Source: a candidate division FCPU426 bacterium
Lineage (GTDB): Bacteria > Oederibacteriota > Muellerivitia > Muellerivitales > Muellerivitaceae
Reading direction: 5' to 3'
Assembly: GCA_963796105.1 (NCBI GenBank)
Contig: CAWCKJ010000013.1
Span: 27,882-91,881 of the forward strand
DNA length: 64,000 nucleotides
In this document: one piece after another, positions 10,828 to 22,171 of the stretch
Numbering within the stretch: the stretch's first letter is position 1
How the letters are laid out: each line of letters begins with the position of its first letter
The notes under the pieces: generated by a model
What the model was told of the DNA's origin: nothing
Databases searched by the model: none
Seen by the model: only the letters and a program-made list of their open reading frames with translations
Made by a program: the position numbers and the translations under genes

Positions 10828-12513
10828 ATGGAAAAAATAGTTTTGGTTTTATTGATATTAAGCTTCCCAATGGTGTTTCAAACGGGATGCACTGGCAGCG
10901 GGGCTGTCACTCCGCTTTCTCCTTCACGCGCCTCAACACCCGAAGCCTCCAGTTCCTCAGAATCAGATGTCATTTATTGGTCCAACTTTCCAGTAACTTT
11001 TGGAATAACAGATCCTCTGAATGACGTTTGTCTCACGGCTAAAAAATCCGGGTGGGCCTGCGGGAACAATGGACTTCTCCTGAAATACGATGGCGAGACT
11101 TGGGCCAAAGTGGACACCGGATACGCTAAAAACGAAAATCTAATGGCTTTGGCGTTCGCCACTGAAACTGAGGGATGGGCTGTCGGCACTCATGGGACGA
11201 TCCTTTACTATAATAACGGGTCTTGGAGCCAGCAGGATTCTCAAAGCGAGGAAAGTCTTTACGATGTGGCCGTGACAAAGTCCAGGACCGTTTGGGTTGC
11301 GGGTGCCAACGGGACCTTGCTGCGATATAACGGTATTTCTTGGGGAAAGAATGCAGTGACACTAACAGGTGGCGTGACAGTAAAGGATGATATCTATGGT
11401 TTAGGCTTGACGGACCAGAACAACGGCTGGGCGGTTGGAAATAGGGGACTGATCATCCACTATGACGGACAGAATTGGGTTCCCTATACAGGAGCCCCCC
11501 CTTCCACTGAGCGATTGAATTCAGTCTCAGCTATCAGCGACGTCCAAGCGTGGATTGTCGGAGCATTCGGAACTATCCTCCAGTTTAACGGGACCTCTTG
11601 GAACAAGATGGGAAGCGCCTTTTCTGGTTTTGATCTTTACCGTGTCTTCATGCTTGATGACAGCAATGGTTGGGCTGTGGGCCAGGATGGAACCCTTATT
11701 TATTACGATGGGACGCGGTGGATATCCCATGTTAAACCCGAGGGAAAACCCGCGCTGAACGGAATTACTTTTTATAAAAATAATTTGGGTTTTATAGTAG
11801 GCCAAAACGGAACTATCTTGAAATTTTCACCCAACGGGGAACCCGCTAAATACTCCTTCCTTTTTAAGGGTGAAGCAAAAAAACCAAGTAAAACAAAAGC
11901 CTATTGGACCATCATCTACTCCTTCATGAATCAGAGTCCCAAAACCTCACCGCCTGTCACCTTCGAAGTCTCCCTCCCCAGGGGTTTTGAACCATATGTT
12001 TCCAAGGAGACTCCCACACCGGTCGCCTCTCCGCCGGCTTGGCTCACCGAGGCCACCGCCACCCCGACTCGAGCGACATCCACCCCAACACCTACGGTTT
12101 CAGTTGCTTCGACTCCTGGTTCTCCTACGCCTGTCCCGCCTCCTCCGGACAAAGTGGCTTCGACGGTGACTGGCACTTGGACGATCAAAGACAATGTCCT
12201 GGATTGGGAGATCGGTACCATCCTCACTTCTGAGCTGAAAACACTCACGGTACCCCTGCAGCTGAAAAAAGGAGAAAAAAAGGAATATCCTGTGGTGCTC
12301 AGGGCGGTCTTGAAAACCAACAATGATAAGGTTATTGCAGAGGCCGTTCCGGTGACCATGATGACAGAACCCCCCGGCGAACCAGAGAAACTTCCCGTGA
12401 AAATGGAGCCATCTTCCGGTACAACCCCAACCGTTTCCAACCCTCCTCCGAGTGTATCGATAACCCCGGTTCAAACCCCGAATGTCACTTCGACCCCCTC
12501 TCCGGGAACTTGA
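10828..12513 (+). CDS. Probable lipoprotein with YCF48/BNR-like beta-propeller repeats and a Pro/Thr-rich C-terminal part
   Basis: Signal ending QTGC. Repeated GWAVG.xGTIL.Y.G..W blades. Confidence 0.75.
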   Translation: MEKIVLVLLILSFPMVFQTGCTGSGAVTPLSPSRASTPEASSSSESDVIYWSNFPVTFGITDPLNDVCLTAKKSGWACGNNGLLLKYDGETWAKVDTGYAKNENLMALAFATETEGWAVGTHGTILYYNNGSWSQQDSQSEESLYDVAVTKSRTVWVAGANGTLLRYNGISWGKNAVTLTGGVTVKDDIYGLGLTDQNNGWAVGNRGLIIHYDGQNWVPYTGAPPSTERLNSVSAISDVQAWIVGAFGTILQFNGTSWNKMGSAFSGFDLYRVFMLDDSNGWAVGQDGTLIYYDGTRWISHVKPEGKPALNGITFYKNNLGFIVGQNGTILKFSPNGEPAKYSFLFKGEAKKPSKTKAYWTIIYSFMNQSPKTSPPVTFEVSLPRGFEPYVSKETPTPVASPPAWLTEATATPTRATSTPTPTVSVASTPGSPTPVPPPPDKVASTVTGTWTIKDNVLDWEIGTILTSELKTLTVPLQLKKGEKKEYPVVLRAVLKTNNDKVIAEAVPVTMMTEPPGEPEKLPVKMEPSSGTTPTVSNPPPSVSITPVQTPNVTSTPSPGT

Positions 12514-13459
12514 GGCGAGGGCCCTTCAAGAGGGTTCCTCAAAAAAAACTCTTGAATTCCTATTGGGATCACTCAGAGGAGATACAAGACCGGGCATTCT
12601 CCAATTAATATCCAAATACGAAAAAATCGTCCAAAGGGATTCTCGTGAAAAAAAACGATTGGATTCTTTGTGGATTTATGAAAAAAACGCCGTATCCGCT
12701 GGCCATGGACGAATTGCGGGTCTGGATGAGGCGGGCCGCGGCCCATTGGCGGGTCCGGTTGTAGCGGCGGCGGTCATTCTTCCTGCGGATTGTTTTCTTC
12801 CAGGGCTGAATGATTCTAAAAAAATCAGCGCTTCCATGCGCGAAAAGCTATACGCCCGGATTAAAGAAATTTCGATCGAGGTCGGAGTCGGCCAAGCGAC
12901 TGTTGGTGAAATCGATCAATTAAATATTTATCAGGCGGCGAGACTCGCCATGGAACGGGCCGTAGAGGGATTGATAATTACCCCAGATTATCTCTTGACC
13001 GACGCTATGCCTTTGCCCAAATTCGGAAATATCGCGCAAAAACCTATTATTCATGGTGACGCGAAATCCGCCAGCATCGCGGCGGCGTCTATTATTGCCA
13101 AGGTCACGAGGGACCGTTTGATGGGAGAAATTCATAAAAAATTCCCGCATTATGGTTTTTCCAATCACAAGGGTTACGGTACGAAGGAGCATCTGCGCGC
13201 ACTGAAGACGCATGGTTTTTGTCCCGAACATCGATTGACCTTCGGGCCTGTTTCGGAACTCGTGGCCCAAAATGCCTCGGGCGGTCCTTTCGGCTATTGG
13301 AAGAATAAATTGAATCAAACAAATAACCTGGACGAACTCAAACAAACCGGAGGTCAAATCAAGCGCTTGGCTCTCTCTCGTATTTCCAAGGGCGAATTGG
13401 AGGAATTACGGGAGATGTACCGGGTGAAAAGAGAAAAATGGAAAAGCGAAAAAGTTTAA
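12482..13459 (+). CDS. rnhB: Ribonuclease HII
   Basis: AGLDEAGRGPLAGPV, LNDSKK, SIAAASIIAKVTRD, HKGYGT. Confidence 0.95.
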   Translation: MSLRPPLRELEARALQEGSSKKTLEFLLGSLRGDTRPGILQLISKYEKIVQRDSREKKRLDSLWIYEKNAVSAGHGRIAGLDEAGRGPLAGPVVAAAVILPADCFLPGLNDSKKISASMREKLYARIKEISIEVGVGQATVGEIDQLNIYQAARLAMERAVEGLIITPDYLLTDAMPLPKFGNIAQKPIIHGDAKSASIAAASIIAKVTRDRLMGEIHKKFPHYGFSNHKGYGTKEHLRALKTHGFCPEHRLTFGPVSELVAQNASGGPFGYWKNKLNQTNNLDELKQTGGQIKRLALSRISKGELEELREMYRVKREKWKSEKV

Positions 13460-13839
13460 GCACCCATCAAAAAGGGAAAAGCGCCGAGGAATGGGCGGCT
13501 ATTTTCCTGCGATTAAAGGGGTACAGGGTCCTACAGAATAATTTCCGGGTTCCCCAGGGTGAGATTGACCTGGTGGCCCAAAAAGGGAACAACCTCATTT
13601 TCGTTGAGGTCAAAAGCCGAAGAAGCGGAAAACAGGGTTCGGGACTTGAGGCAGTATCCCCTTTGAAGGTGAAGCGTTTATCGGCAGCTGCGGCGGCATA
13701 TCTGGCCACACACTCTTGTGATGGGTTTTCCTGCCGATTCGACGTGATTACTTTGGGGCCGGACAAGAACTGGTTCAAATTCCCGAAAATTGCCCATTTG
13801 CAGAATGCTTTCCCCGCGGTTGGCAATTTTAATGTTTAG
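13438..13839 (+). CDS. yraN: YraN (UPF0102) family protein
   Basis: GEIDLVA...FVEVK...RFDVI. Follows rnhB. Confidence 0.9.
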   Translation: MEKRKSLSTHQKGKSAEEWAAIFLRLKGYRVLQNNFRVPQGEIDLVAQKGNNLIFVEVKSRRSGKQGSGLEAVSPLKVKRLSAAAAAYLATHSCDGFSCRFDVITLGPDKNWFKFPKIAHLQNAFPAVGNFNV

Positions 13840-13994
13840 TGACATATACGGGATCAAATCACTGAACGGCACTGTTTCATGATGTCTCCCGACTATCCTT
13901 TTCGATTGATCCTATTTTTTTGTTATGCTGTTGTAAAATCTATAAAAACCATCGAAAGCTTTACTCCTAATATTTTTTTATATCGAGGCTGTTC

Positions 13995-15257
13995 GTGAAA
14001 ATCAATTTCAATAAAATCCGAAGTAAAACCGAAGCGCTCTTTCGTAAAATCGGGGCAATGGCCGAAAAAAGGGGTGAGTTCGCATATGCGGTCGGTGGCT
14101 TTGTCCGGGATTTATTCCTTGGTAAACCTGTCATGGACATCGACATTGTGGTAGAGGGGGACGGCGTTACCTTTGCCGAGGAGCTGGCGCGTCGGACGGG
14201 ATCCGGTGTGGAGGCTTTTACCCGGTTTGGCACTTCCATTGTGGTTATTCCGGGCTTCGGCAAGGTGGATGTGGCCACCGCGCGAACGGAAAGTTACGAG
14301 AAACCGGGGGCTCTGCCCGCTGTCAAATGGGGTGGCATCTTCCAAGATCTCTACCGCAGGGATTTCACCATTAACGCCATGGCGCTTAGCTTGATGCCTG
14401 GTTATTTTTTAAGGCTTATCGATCCCTTCGGGGGAATGAAAGATCTCAAGAATGGAAGAGTCAGGGCCCTGCATGGTAAGAGTTTCCAGGACGATCCAAC
14501 CCGAATCTTCAGGGCGGTGCGTTTTGAGCAACGATTTGGAAAGCAAATTGAGAAAAAAACGAAGGAATGGCTCATTGCGGCGGTTAAAGGAAATTTTATT
14601 AAAAAAGTATCAGGCGAGCGGCTTCGTAACGAATTAAGACTCATTTTCCTGGAGCCCAAGCCTGAAAAAGCGGTCCGAAGACTGGATGAACTAGGAGTAT
14701 TGCCCCATGTCCATCAGGCATTGGGTGTTTCTGAACGGGGTCAAAAAGCCCTTCCGCATTTGGCGGAGGCCCTCGATTTTTTCAAGAAAAGCGGAATGCC
14801 CATCGACCATGAGAACATGGTCTGGTTCCAGGCCCTTTTGAGGACCCAGAGGGAGAAACAAGCCCTTTCACTCTCGAGGCGTCTCGCCCTCTCCCGCATC
14901 GAGCATAAGATTGTAATGCAATCCGTCAGGGCTCAACCAGACTATCTTATAAAACTGGATGTGAAAGCCATTGCCGTCAGCCAAATGTATAAGCTGCTTT
15001 GCCCCTTGAGGCCTGAAGTCCAATGTTTCCTGCTGGCCGCGGCCTCGATGAGGCTCCGCAATAAACTCCGGGCCTATTTCCGAAAAATTCGGCATTCATT
15101 ACCTTGGGTCAGGGGCAGGGATTTGCAAGAACTTGGAATTACTCCCGGGTTCCGCTATTCCTATATCCTGCTGGAGTCCTTGAACAAACAATTGGATGGG
15201 AAATTCAAGAATCGGTCACAAACCATTCAATGGGTGAAATCAACATTTGTTGGCTGA
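13995..15257 (+). CDS. Class II tRNA nucleotidyltransferase (CCA/A-adding type)
   Basis: VGGFVRD...DIDIV, DLYRRDFTINAMA, SFQDDPTRIFRAVRF. Confidence 0.88.
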   Translation: MKINFNKIRSKTEALFRKIGAMAEKRGEFAYAVGGFVRDLFLGKPVMDIDIVVEGDGVTFAEELARRTGSGVEAFTRFGTSIVVIPGFGKVDVATARTESYEKPGALPAVKWGGIFQDLYRRDFTINAMALSLMPGYFLRLIDPFGGMKDLKNGRVRALHGKSFQDDPTRIFRAVRFEQRFGKQIEKKTKEWLIAAVKGNFIKKVSGERLRNELRLIFLEPKPEKAVRRLDELGVLPHVHQALGVSERGQKALPHLAEALDFFKKSGMPIDHENMVWFQALLRTQREKQALSLSRRLALSRIEHKIVMQSVRAQPDYLIKLDVKAIAVSQMYKLLCPLRPEVQCFLLAAASMRLRNKLRAYFRKIRHSLPWVRGRDLQELGITPGFRYSYILLESLNKQLDGKFKNRSQTIQWVKSTFVG

Positions 15258-15355
15258 GTTGTTGAACGGGGTTTTGGATTGGGTTAAAGTTATTGTCTTG
15301 TTGAGGAATCATGTAATCAAAAGGTTATCTCGCTTAAACACTTTGAGGCCAAAGT

Positions 15356-16036
15356 ATGGATGAAACTAAAATTCTCCACATCGTTCTGGATTTCGGCATT
15401 TTACTTTTTTCTTTGTGCTTGCATGAGTTTGGGCACGCCTTAATGGCCAACAGGCTGGGAGACCCCACTCCCCGCATGCTGGGCCGGCTTACCTTGGACC
15501 CCCGGGCCCATATGGACCCTTTTGGCACGGTTTTGTTTCCACTTCTCGGCCTCACTTTCCCCAATCTGTTGATTTTCGGCTGGGCTAAACCCGTGCCGAT
15601 TACGCCGGAAAATTTCCGAAATCCCCGGAAGGACGGAGCCCTCGTGGCCTTCGCGGGGCCCTTGGCCAATATGATTCTATTTCTTTTTTCCTTATTGGGC
15701 TTATTTCTCATGGACCGCTTGGGTTTGGAGGGAGGAAATGAATCGGCAAGGTACGTGTTGACTGGATTTCTTAAAAATTTTTTTTGGATTAACTTTGCCC
15801 TCGCTGTTTTCAATCTGATCCCGATTTTTCCGCTGGATGGTTCTTGGATCGTCAAAGCCATTCTTCCCAACCGTTGGGCTTACGCCTATTCTCGGGTGGA
15901 CCGCTATGGTGCGGCAATCCTATTTGCCGGTTTTTTTCTGGGCTGGATTAACTGGCTATTTGCCCCCTTGGTGGGTGGTTTATATTTAATATTGGACTTC
16001 GCTGGTTTGGGCCATCTGGCCGGTTTAATTAGTTAA
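15356..16036 (+). CDS. Site-2 protease (M50) family membrane metalloprotease
   Basis: HEFGH, AGPLAN, FNLIPIFPLDG. Confidence 0.92.
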   Translation: MDETKILHIVLDFGILLFSLCLHEFGHALMANRLGDPTPRMLGRLTLDPRAHMDPFGTVLFPLLGLTFPNLLIFGWAKPVPITPENFRNPRKDGALVAFAGPLANMILFLFSLLGLFLMDRLGLEGGNESARYVLTGFLKNFFWINFALAVFNLIPIFPLDGSWIVKAILPNRWAYAYSRVDRYGAAILFAGFFLGWINWLFAPLVGGLYLILDFAGLGHLAGLIS

Positions 16037-16083
16037 TCATAAAGTGATTTGAAAAGTCGAATATCCATTTAAAGGTGGTTTGA

Positions 16084-17106
16084 TTGAAATCGATCACGCC
16101 GGTTCGATATCTTTCGGGCGTCCAACCCAGCGGCAGGCTCCACTTAGGCAATTATTTCGGCGCCACCCGCAACCATATCCAGCTTCAAAACCAGGGAGAA
16201 TGCCTTTATTTCATCGCCAATTACCATTCCTTGACCACGATCAAGGACCCCGCGCTGCTGAAAAAATACACATTCATGGTGGCCGCGGATTACTTGGCCC
16301 TAGGCTTGGATCCCCAAAAAGCCTTGCTTTTCCGTCAAAGCGACGTTCCGGAGGTCGCCGAATTGGCTTGGATTCTGAGTACCGTGACGGGGATGGGACT
16401 TTTGGAGAGGGCCCACGCTTACAAGGACAAGCTGGCCAAGGGGTTCGCCCCCAGCGTTGGTTTATTCTTTTATCCCGTGCTGATGGCGGCTGATATCCTC
16501 ATTTACCAAAGCGACAAGGTGCCCGTGGGCCAAGACCAAATCCAACATATTGAAATGACCAGGGACATGGCTGGCTATTTCAACCATACCTTCCAAAAGG
16601 ACGTCTTTAAAATACCAGAGGGAATTTTGGGCGAGGCTCCCAAGGTTGTCGGCCTGACGGGCGGCAAAATGAGCAAAAGCGATGAGGCCAGCATGATCCC
16701 CATCTTTGGGGACGCCGCCGAGATCAAGAAAAAGGTCATGGGAATCGTCACCGACTCCAAAGGCGTGGAGGAACCGAAGGATCCGGATCAGAACGTGATA
16801 TATCTCCTATACAAACTGATGGCCACTCCCGGGGAATGCTCTGATATGGAGAAAGGCTTCCGGGAGGGGGGAATGGGCTACGGCGAGGCCAAGAAAAGGC
16901 TCGCGGCGAAACTCGAGGAGACGTTTGGCGGGGAGGTCCGGGAACGAAGATGGATATTGGACCGGGAGCCCGAACGAGTAGAGGAGGCGCTCATGGATGG
17001 GGCCTTGCGCGCCAGGAGGATGGCTTCCGCCACGCTGGAACAAGTTTATGAAGCCGTCGGCATCCCCTCCTCCCGGGTTAAAAAGGAAATAATGAATATT
17101 AGGTAA
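16084..17106 (+). CDS. trpS: Tryptophan-tRNA ligase
   Basis: SGVQPSG-LHLGNY, YPVLMAADIL, VPVGQDQ, KMSKS. Confidence 0.96.
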   Translation: MKSITPVRYLSGVQPSGRLHLGNYFGATRNHIQLQNQGECLYFIANYHSLTTIKDPALLKKYTFMVAADYLALGLDPQKALLFRQSDVPEVAELAWILSTVTGMGLLERAHAYKDKLAKGFAPSVGLFFYPVLMAADILIYQSDKVPVGQDQIQHIEMTRDMAGYFNHTFQKDVFKIPEGILGEAPKVVGLTGGKMSKSDEASMIPIFGDAAEIKKKVMGIVTDSKGVEEPKDPDQNVIYLLYKLMATPGECSDMEKGFREGGMGYGEAKKRLAAKLEETFGGEVRERRWILDREPERVEEALMDGALRARRMASATLEQVYEAVGIPSSRVKKEIMNIR

Positions 17107-17177
17107 TCATCGGAAAACGGTTTAAGATTGTGGTAAGCGGAAGAGAAAGTATTTTTTTATTTTCAATCGAGGCGGGA

Positions 17178-18029
17178 ATGAGCGAAAACGAGGAAAACAT
17201 CGGAGAGGGAGAAAGCCCCGTCTCAATCGAAGTCTCCCCCAGCATCACATCAGTGACAATCAAGGAAATACTCCATCCGGAGGATCAAAGGGCGACCTAC
17301 CAGATCACCCTTCCCCATTTCGACGGGCCCATGGATCTTCTCCTTCATCTGATCAAGGAGCACGAACTCGATATTTACGACATTCCCATCTCCAGGATCA
17401 CGCGCGAGTACCTGGCTTACCTGGAATTAATGCGGGCCCTTAACCTGGAGATGGCAGGCGATTTCCTGGTCATGGCCTCCACCCTCATGCACATCAAGAG
17501 CCGTATGCTTCTGCCGGTGGATCCCTCGCCAGACCAGCCCGAGGAGGACCCCCGGCTGGATCTGATGCGCCGCCTGATCGAGTACAAGAAATTCAAGGAC
17601 GCCGCAGGACAGTTATCAAGCCTGGAAAAGGACCGATTCCACCTGTTGCCCCGCACGGTGCCTTCGGATTTCAAGGAGGTGGGGGAGGAGGAGCATCTTC
17701 AAGAAGTCAGCCTCTTCGGTCTTTTATCGGCCTTCAAGGACGTCCTCATCCATTCCCAGGAGGATGTCTCGGCGGAAATCACCCGGCCTGAAATCACCGT
17801 GAGCCAAAAGATCAACGATTTAATGGATCTGCTGCAGGCGAACCCCCACATGATTTTCCGGCCATTCCTGGAGGCCTGCAGGACGAAAATCGAGAAAATA
17901 ACCTCTCTTCTGGCCTTGCTGGAGTTGATTCGCCTTAAGCTGGTCAAGGCGGTGCAACATAAGGTTTTCGGGGAAATAGAAATTATTTTGCTTCAGCAAC
18001 AAATCCCCGAAAATCCGGAAACCTCCTAA
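17178..18029 (+). CDS. scpA: Segregation and condensation protein A
   Basis: FDGPMDLLLHLI, FLVMASTLMHIKSRMLLP, LALLELIR. Confidence 0.93.
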   Translation: MSENEENIGEGESPVSIEVSPSITSVTIKEILHPEDQRATYQITLPHFDGPMDLLLHLIKEHELDIYDIPISRITREYLAYLELMRALNLEMAGDFLVMASTLMHIKSRMLLPVDPSPDQPEEDPRLDLMRRLIEYKKFKDAAGQLSSLEKDRFHLLPRTVPSDFKEVGEEEHLQEVSLFGLLSAFKDVLIHSQEDVSAEITRPEITVSQKINDLMDLLQANPHMIFRPFLEACRTKIEKITSLLALLELIRLKLVKAVQHKVFGEIEIILLQQQIPENPETS

Positions 18030-18218
18030 GAAAGGAATGGGACCGCGGAACGGCTAAAGCCGGGCATTGTTTCCGGTGCTTTCGGTATTTAATGGATTGC
18101 TTGAATTTATCCCAAAGATTGCCGTCCAGGCATTTGATCAAGGTGAAAAATTCAATTTATCTTTCGCTCTTTGGGGCTCTGTGGTAAAAAGAATGACTTT
18201 TACAGGAGAATGGGTTTA

Positions 18219-18960
18219 ATGGAATTTGAAAAACTTAAAAAAGTCCTCGAGAGTCTTCTCTTTGTCAGTGAGATCCCCCTATCCGTGAAAAAGGTCTCTT
18301 CCTTTTTAAAAGAATCCTCGGAGCCCGAGATTCTGGAGGCCTTCAAGGGCCTTCAAGCGGAAATCAACGGACTGGACCGAAGCTTCCAGCTTATTGAGAT
18401 CGCGGAAGGGTACCAATTTGTGACCCGGTCCCAATACCACCCATTCGCGAAGGAATTGTACAAAGTCATTTCCAAGACCCGCCTTTCCAAGGCCGCCTTG
18501 GAAGCGTTAGCCATCATCGCTTACAAACAACCAGTGACTCGGGCCGAGGTGGAAGCCATCCGGGGGGTGGAGGTCAGCAACCTCATCCAATCCCTTTTGG
18601 AAAAAAGAATGATCCGAATCCTGGGACGTTCCGAGACCCCGGGACGTCCCCTTCTTTACGGGACTACCCATGAGTTTCTGGTCCATTTCGGCTTAAAGGG
18701 ATCTGATGGATTTGCCGAAAATCTCGGAAATCCAGGAACTGGCCGGGGACCGGCCTTCCCCCGAATTTCTCAAGGAAATGGAAGGGGAGCTGCGCAGGAG
18801 GGAAACCAAACTGGGTCTGCCGCATGCATTGGAAGCGGAGGCCGCCGCCGGTGAGGCGCAAGGCGAAAGCTCTGTGGGGCCGGGTCAACCTAATAAATCG
18901 GGCGCGGACCAGGACACTTCACAGGAAAATCCAGCGGAAAATGAATTAGCGGGCGAATAA
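18219..18960 (+). CDS. scpB: Segregation and condensation protein B, with a one-base frameshift near 18698
   Basis: LEALAIIAYKQPVTRAEVEAIRGV, PGRPLLYGTT.FL.HFGL. Removing one G from aaagggatctg restores GLKDLMDLP and joins ORF 18706..18960. Confidence 0.9.
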
Positions 18961-19109
18961 TCCTCTTTTTCCCCTATCAACAGCGCTGAATCACCCAAAT
19001 AAATTATAAACTGGCATTCAATAAGCTTTCCGGAATCCGCTTTGTTTGACAGGCCACATCCGCTTGTTTATAGTAAACCCACTTCCATTTATGACTGAGG
19101 GCTGCCATC

Positions 19110-20728
19110 TTGAGCACGAGTGTTCCAACCCCATTGGGGCCCCTTAAAACCAAATCCGGCGCCAAACACCATTTATTTTCCCTTAGAATCAAGTTTATCC
19201 TGGTATTGACCTTCCTGATTTGCGGGGTCATGGGAATGGTGACTTGGTTGATCCTGGACCAGATGCGCGAAACCTTGATCCGCCAGGTCATTGAGCGGGG
19301 CGAATCCGAAGCCAGGAGCCTGGCCCTGAACAGCGTGGATCCCATGATCAAACTGTTGTCACCCACCGCAGGGCAGCCCGGCGCGGGGGGAGAGGACAGC
19401 ACCTTGGTCCTTCTGCAATTGACCCATGACGCCATGAAATTGGAATCGAACACTTCCGTGCGGAACATACCGACGGGTTTAAGCCCCTTCCAGGAAAAAC
19501 TCCTTCTTTACACGAACAAGGCGGATGAATGGGTCCGCCAATTTCTGTGGCCCGATGAGTCCGAGGTGAAGAAGGGCGACATGGAGTACATCAAAATTCT
19601 GGACAAGGAAGGAAGAATCGTGGCGGATAACGACATCCAGAACGTCATGGAGCATGTCGCCTACCAATTGCCCGCCGGAACCCAGCCCTTGGGGGAAGAA
19701 ACGATCCTGACTCAAGCCTTCCGGCAGGGGCCGAGGACCTATTACGATATCGCGGCGCCGATCAGCAGCATGCTCGAGGGAAAATCTTTCAAGATCGGCG
19801 AAGTGCATTTAGGCATGAATCAAAACACCATCATCCGCGTAGTCCGGTATGTGGGAGTGGCGATCACCCTGATCACAGTGGGATTCCTACTGTTGGGGGT
19901 CCTGGGGATGACCGTTTTCGTCACCATCCTCGTCAAACCCATCCGCTTGCTGGTGAAGGGCGTCTCCGCCATCGCGGGGGGGAATTTTGACCAGAAAATA
20001 AACATCCGGCGCTCAGACGAACTGGGGGACCTCACCGAGGCCTTCAATGACATGGCTAAATCCCTCATGGAGAAGGAAGTGATCAAGGGCGCCTTCTCGA
20101 AATATGTCGCCAAAAGCGTGGTTGACCGTATCCTCCAGCAGAAAGACGGTTTGAAACTGGGGGGGAGAAAAAAATAGTGACCATCTTCTTTTCCGACATC
20201 CGGGGGTTCACGCCCATGTCGGAATCCCTGGGCCCGGAAGAAGTCGTTCATATCCTGAACGAGTATTTCAGCGCGATGGCCTCCATAATCTTCAAGTACG
20301 AGGGAACCCTCGATAAATTCATGGGAGACGCCATCATGGCCATTTACGGCGCCCCCATCGACATGCCGGACCACGCCGAGCGGGCGGTTTTCACCGCGGT
20401 TGAAATGAACGAGAAGATGAAGGAACTCCAGGCCAAGTGGAAAAGGGAGGGCAAGAAGGATGTCAATATCGGAATCGGGATCAACACGGGGGAAGTCATC
20501 ATGGGGAACATCGGTTCCAACGAACGGATGGAATATACGGCTATCGGGGATAATGTCAACTTGACCCAGCGCCTGGAGTCTGTCGCGGAAAAAGGCCAAA
20601 TCCTCATCTCCGCGACGACCTATGAAAGGGTGAAGGACAAGATTAACGCCACGATGCTGGACCCGATTAAGGTCAAGGGAAAAACCGAGAAGGTTCTCGC
20701 GTACAGCGTTCTCGGCATGAAAAGCTGA
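19110..20728 (+). CDS. Membrane HAMP-domain class III adenylate/guanylate cyclase, split by a frameshift at ~20160-20175
   Basis: Two TM segments, HAMP (DELGDLTEAFNDM), then TIFFSDIRGFT, DKFMGDAIMA, YTAIGDNVN in the -1 frame. The break lies in a G7/A7 run. Confidence 0.88.
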
Positions 20729-20843
20729 TCCGGGGAAACCTTAGACTTCCCTCCTGTTTTCATCCCAAAGGCGTTAGAATATGCGCTGAGAAACAGGCTG
20801 GAATAATTTTTAGGACAAATCATCTCTCGATTGAGGAAGGTCA

Positions 20844-22100
20844 ATGGCTGACGATAAATCAATGCTGGTCAAGATGGCGTTCCTTTATGTCCAAAGCGGG
20901 GAATGGTACAGGGCGATTGAGGAGTATAAAAAACTCCTCGCGATCGATCCGGAGGACGCGCATATCTACAACATGATAGGGGACGCCTACGCCAAGAAAG
21001 AGGACCACGCCGACGCTTTCCAGGCCTATCTGAAGTCCAAGGAGATCTACGAGCGCCAGGGGATGTTCAACAAGATTCCCACCATCGAGAAGAAAATCGG
21101 CCGGTTGTCCCCGGACAGGATGGACATAAAATTAAGGAATCTTTTCAACTCCTTCACCAAGACCCAGGCGGCCGATGGTTTGTTCGCCGAGGGAAAGTTC
21201 GAGGAGGCGGTGACATACTACCGTCAATTGATCGCGGCTGAGCCCATTAATTTTTCCTATCGGGAGAAACTGGCGAACCTTTTCCTGGAGAACGCGCAGG
21301 TGTCGGAAGCCGCCGGGCAGCTGAAAGCCATTGCCGATATCCATCTTTCGGAGGGAAGGCTGCAACTGGCCCGGGAATACGCCAATCGAGTCTCCCTCAT
21401 GGACCCGGAGGGCATGGACACCCTGCGTCTTCATGCCACCTTGGCTGAAAAAATGGGGGAAACGGAGAATCTTCCGAAATATCAAGGCCAATTGGCCCAG
21501 TCGGCCTACGACGCGGGCCAATACGAGGAGGCGCTCCAGGCGGTTCAAGCGGCCCTCCAAGCCGGTCGGGCGGACCTGAAACCCCTCTATGTCAAAATAC
21601 TCCTGGCCCTGAAGCGGCACAAGGACGCCAAGGCGGTTCTGGATGAGCTTTTGGCGCTTCAACCCCAGGATGAGGCCCTGCTGGAGCAGTTATATAACCT
21701 ATCGGAAGACATCAAAGACTGGACGGCGGCCAGCGGTTATTTGGGCACTTTACTGGCCTTGAAGCCCTCCGACAACAAGCTGATTTCCCGGCAGGCTAAA
21801 ATTCTCCTCCAGTTGGGAAAACGCGCTGAGGGGTTCCAAATCTACATGAGCCTTTGCAACTCAGCTGTTTCGGAAAATAAAACAGATTTGGCCTTGTCCT
21901 GCCTGGATTCCATCCTGGGCCCGGAACCCGAGAATATTGACGCCCTCAAGAAGAAGGGGGAAATATACCTAAAATTGGGCAGAAAACAGGACTTGATCGA
22001 AACCTATAAGAAATTGCAAACAGTCTTTACCCAGAAAAAAATGCCGGAGGAAGCCAAGAAAATCGCCCTGATATTAAGTAAGCTTGCCGGGCTTAAATAG
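20844..22100 (+). CDS. Tetratricopeptide repeat protein
   Basis: Repeated TPR consensus such as AIEEYKKLLAIDPEDAHIYNMIGDAY. Confidence 0.85.
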   Translation: MADDKSMLVKMAFLYVQSGEWYRAIEEYKKLLAIDPEDAHIYNMIGDAYAKKEDHADAFQAYLKSKEIYERQGMFNKIPTIEKKIGRLSPDRMDIKLRNLFNSFTKTQAADGLFAEGKFEEAVTYYRQLIAAEPINFSYREKLANLFLENAQVSEAAGQLKAIADIHLSEGRLQLAREYANRVSLMDPEGMDTLRLHATLAEKMGETENLPKYQGQLAQSAYDAGQYEEALQAVQAALQAGRADLKPLYVKILLALKRHKDAKAVLDELLALQPQDEALLEQLYNLSEDIKDWTAASGYLGTLLALKPSDNKLISRQAKILLQLGKRAEGFQIYMSLCNSAVSENKTDLALSCLDSILGPEPENIDALKKKGEIYLKLGRKQDLIETYKKLQTVFTQKKMPEEAKKIALILSKLAGLK

Positions 22101-22171
22101 CATATAAATACGATGACACCTATTAATTCATCCCCCGATTTCCCATTTCACCCCGGAAAACAGGCCTGGCC

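Noticed and set aside
18690..18710. scpB as a true pseudogene or recoding site
   Set aside because: A single extra G in an otherwise intact core gene. Similar indels in the cyclase, integrase (two) and second T4CP point to assembly error, though reads are needed to confirm.
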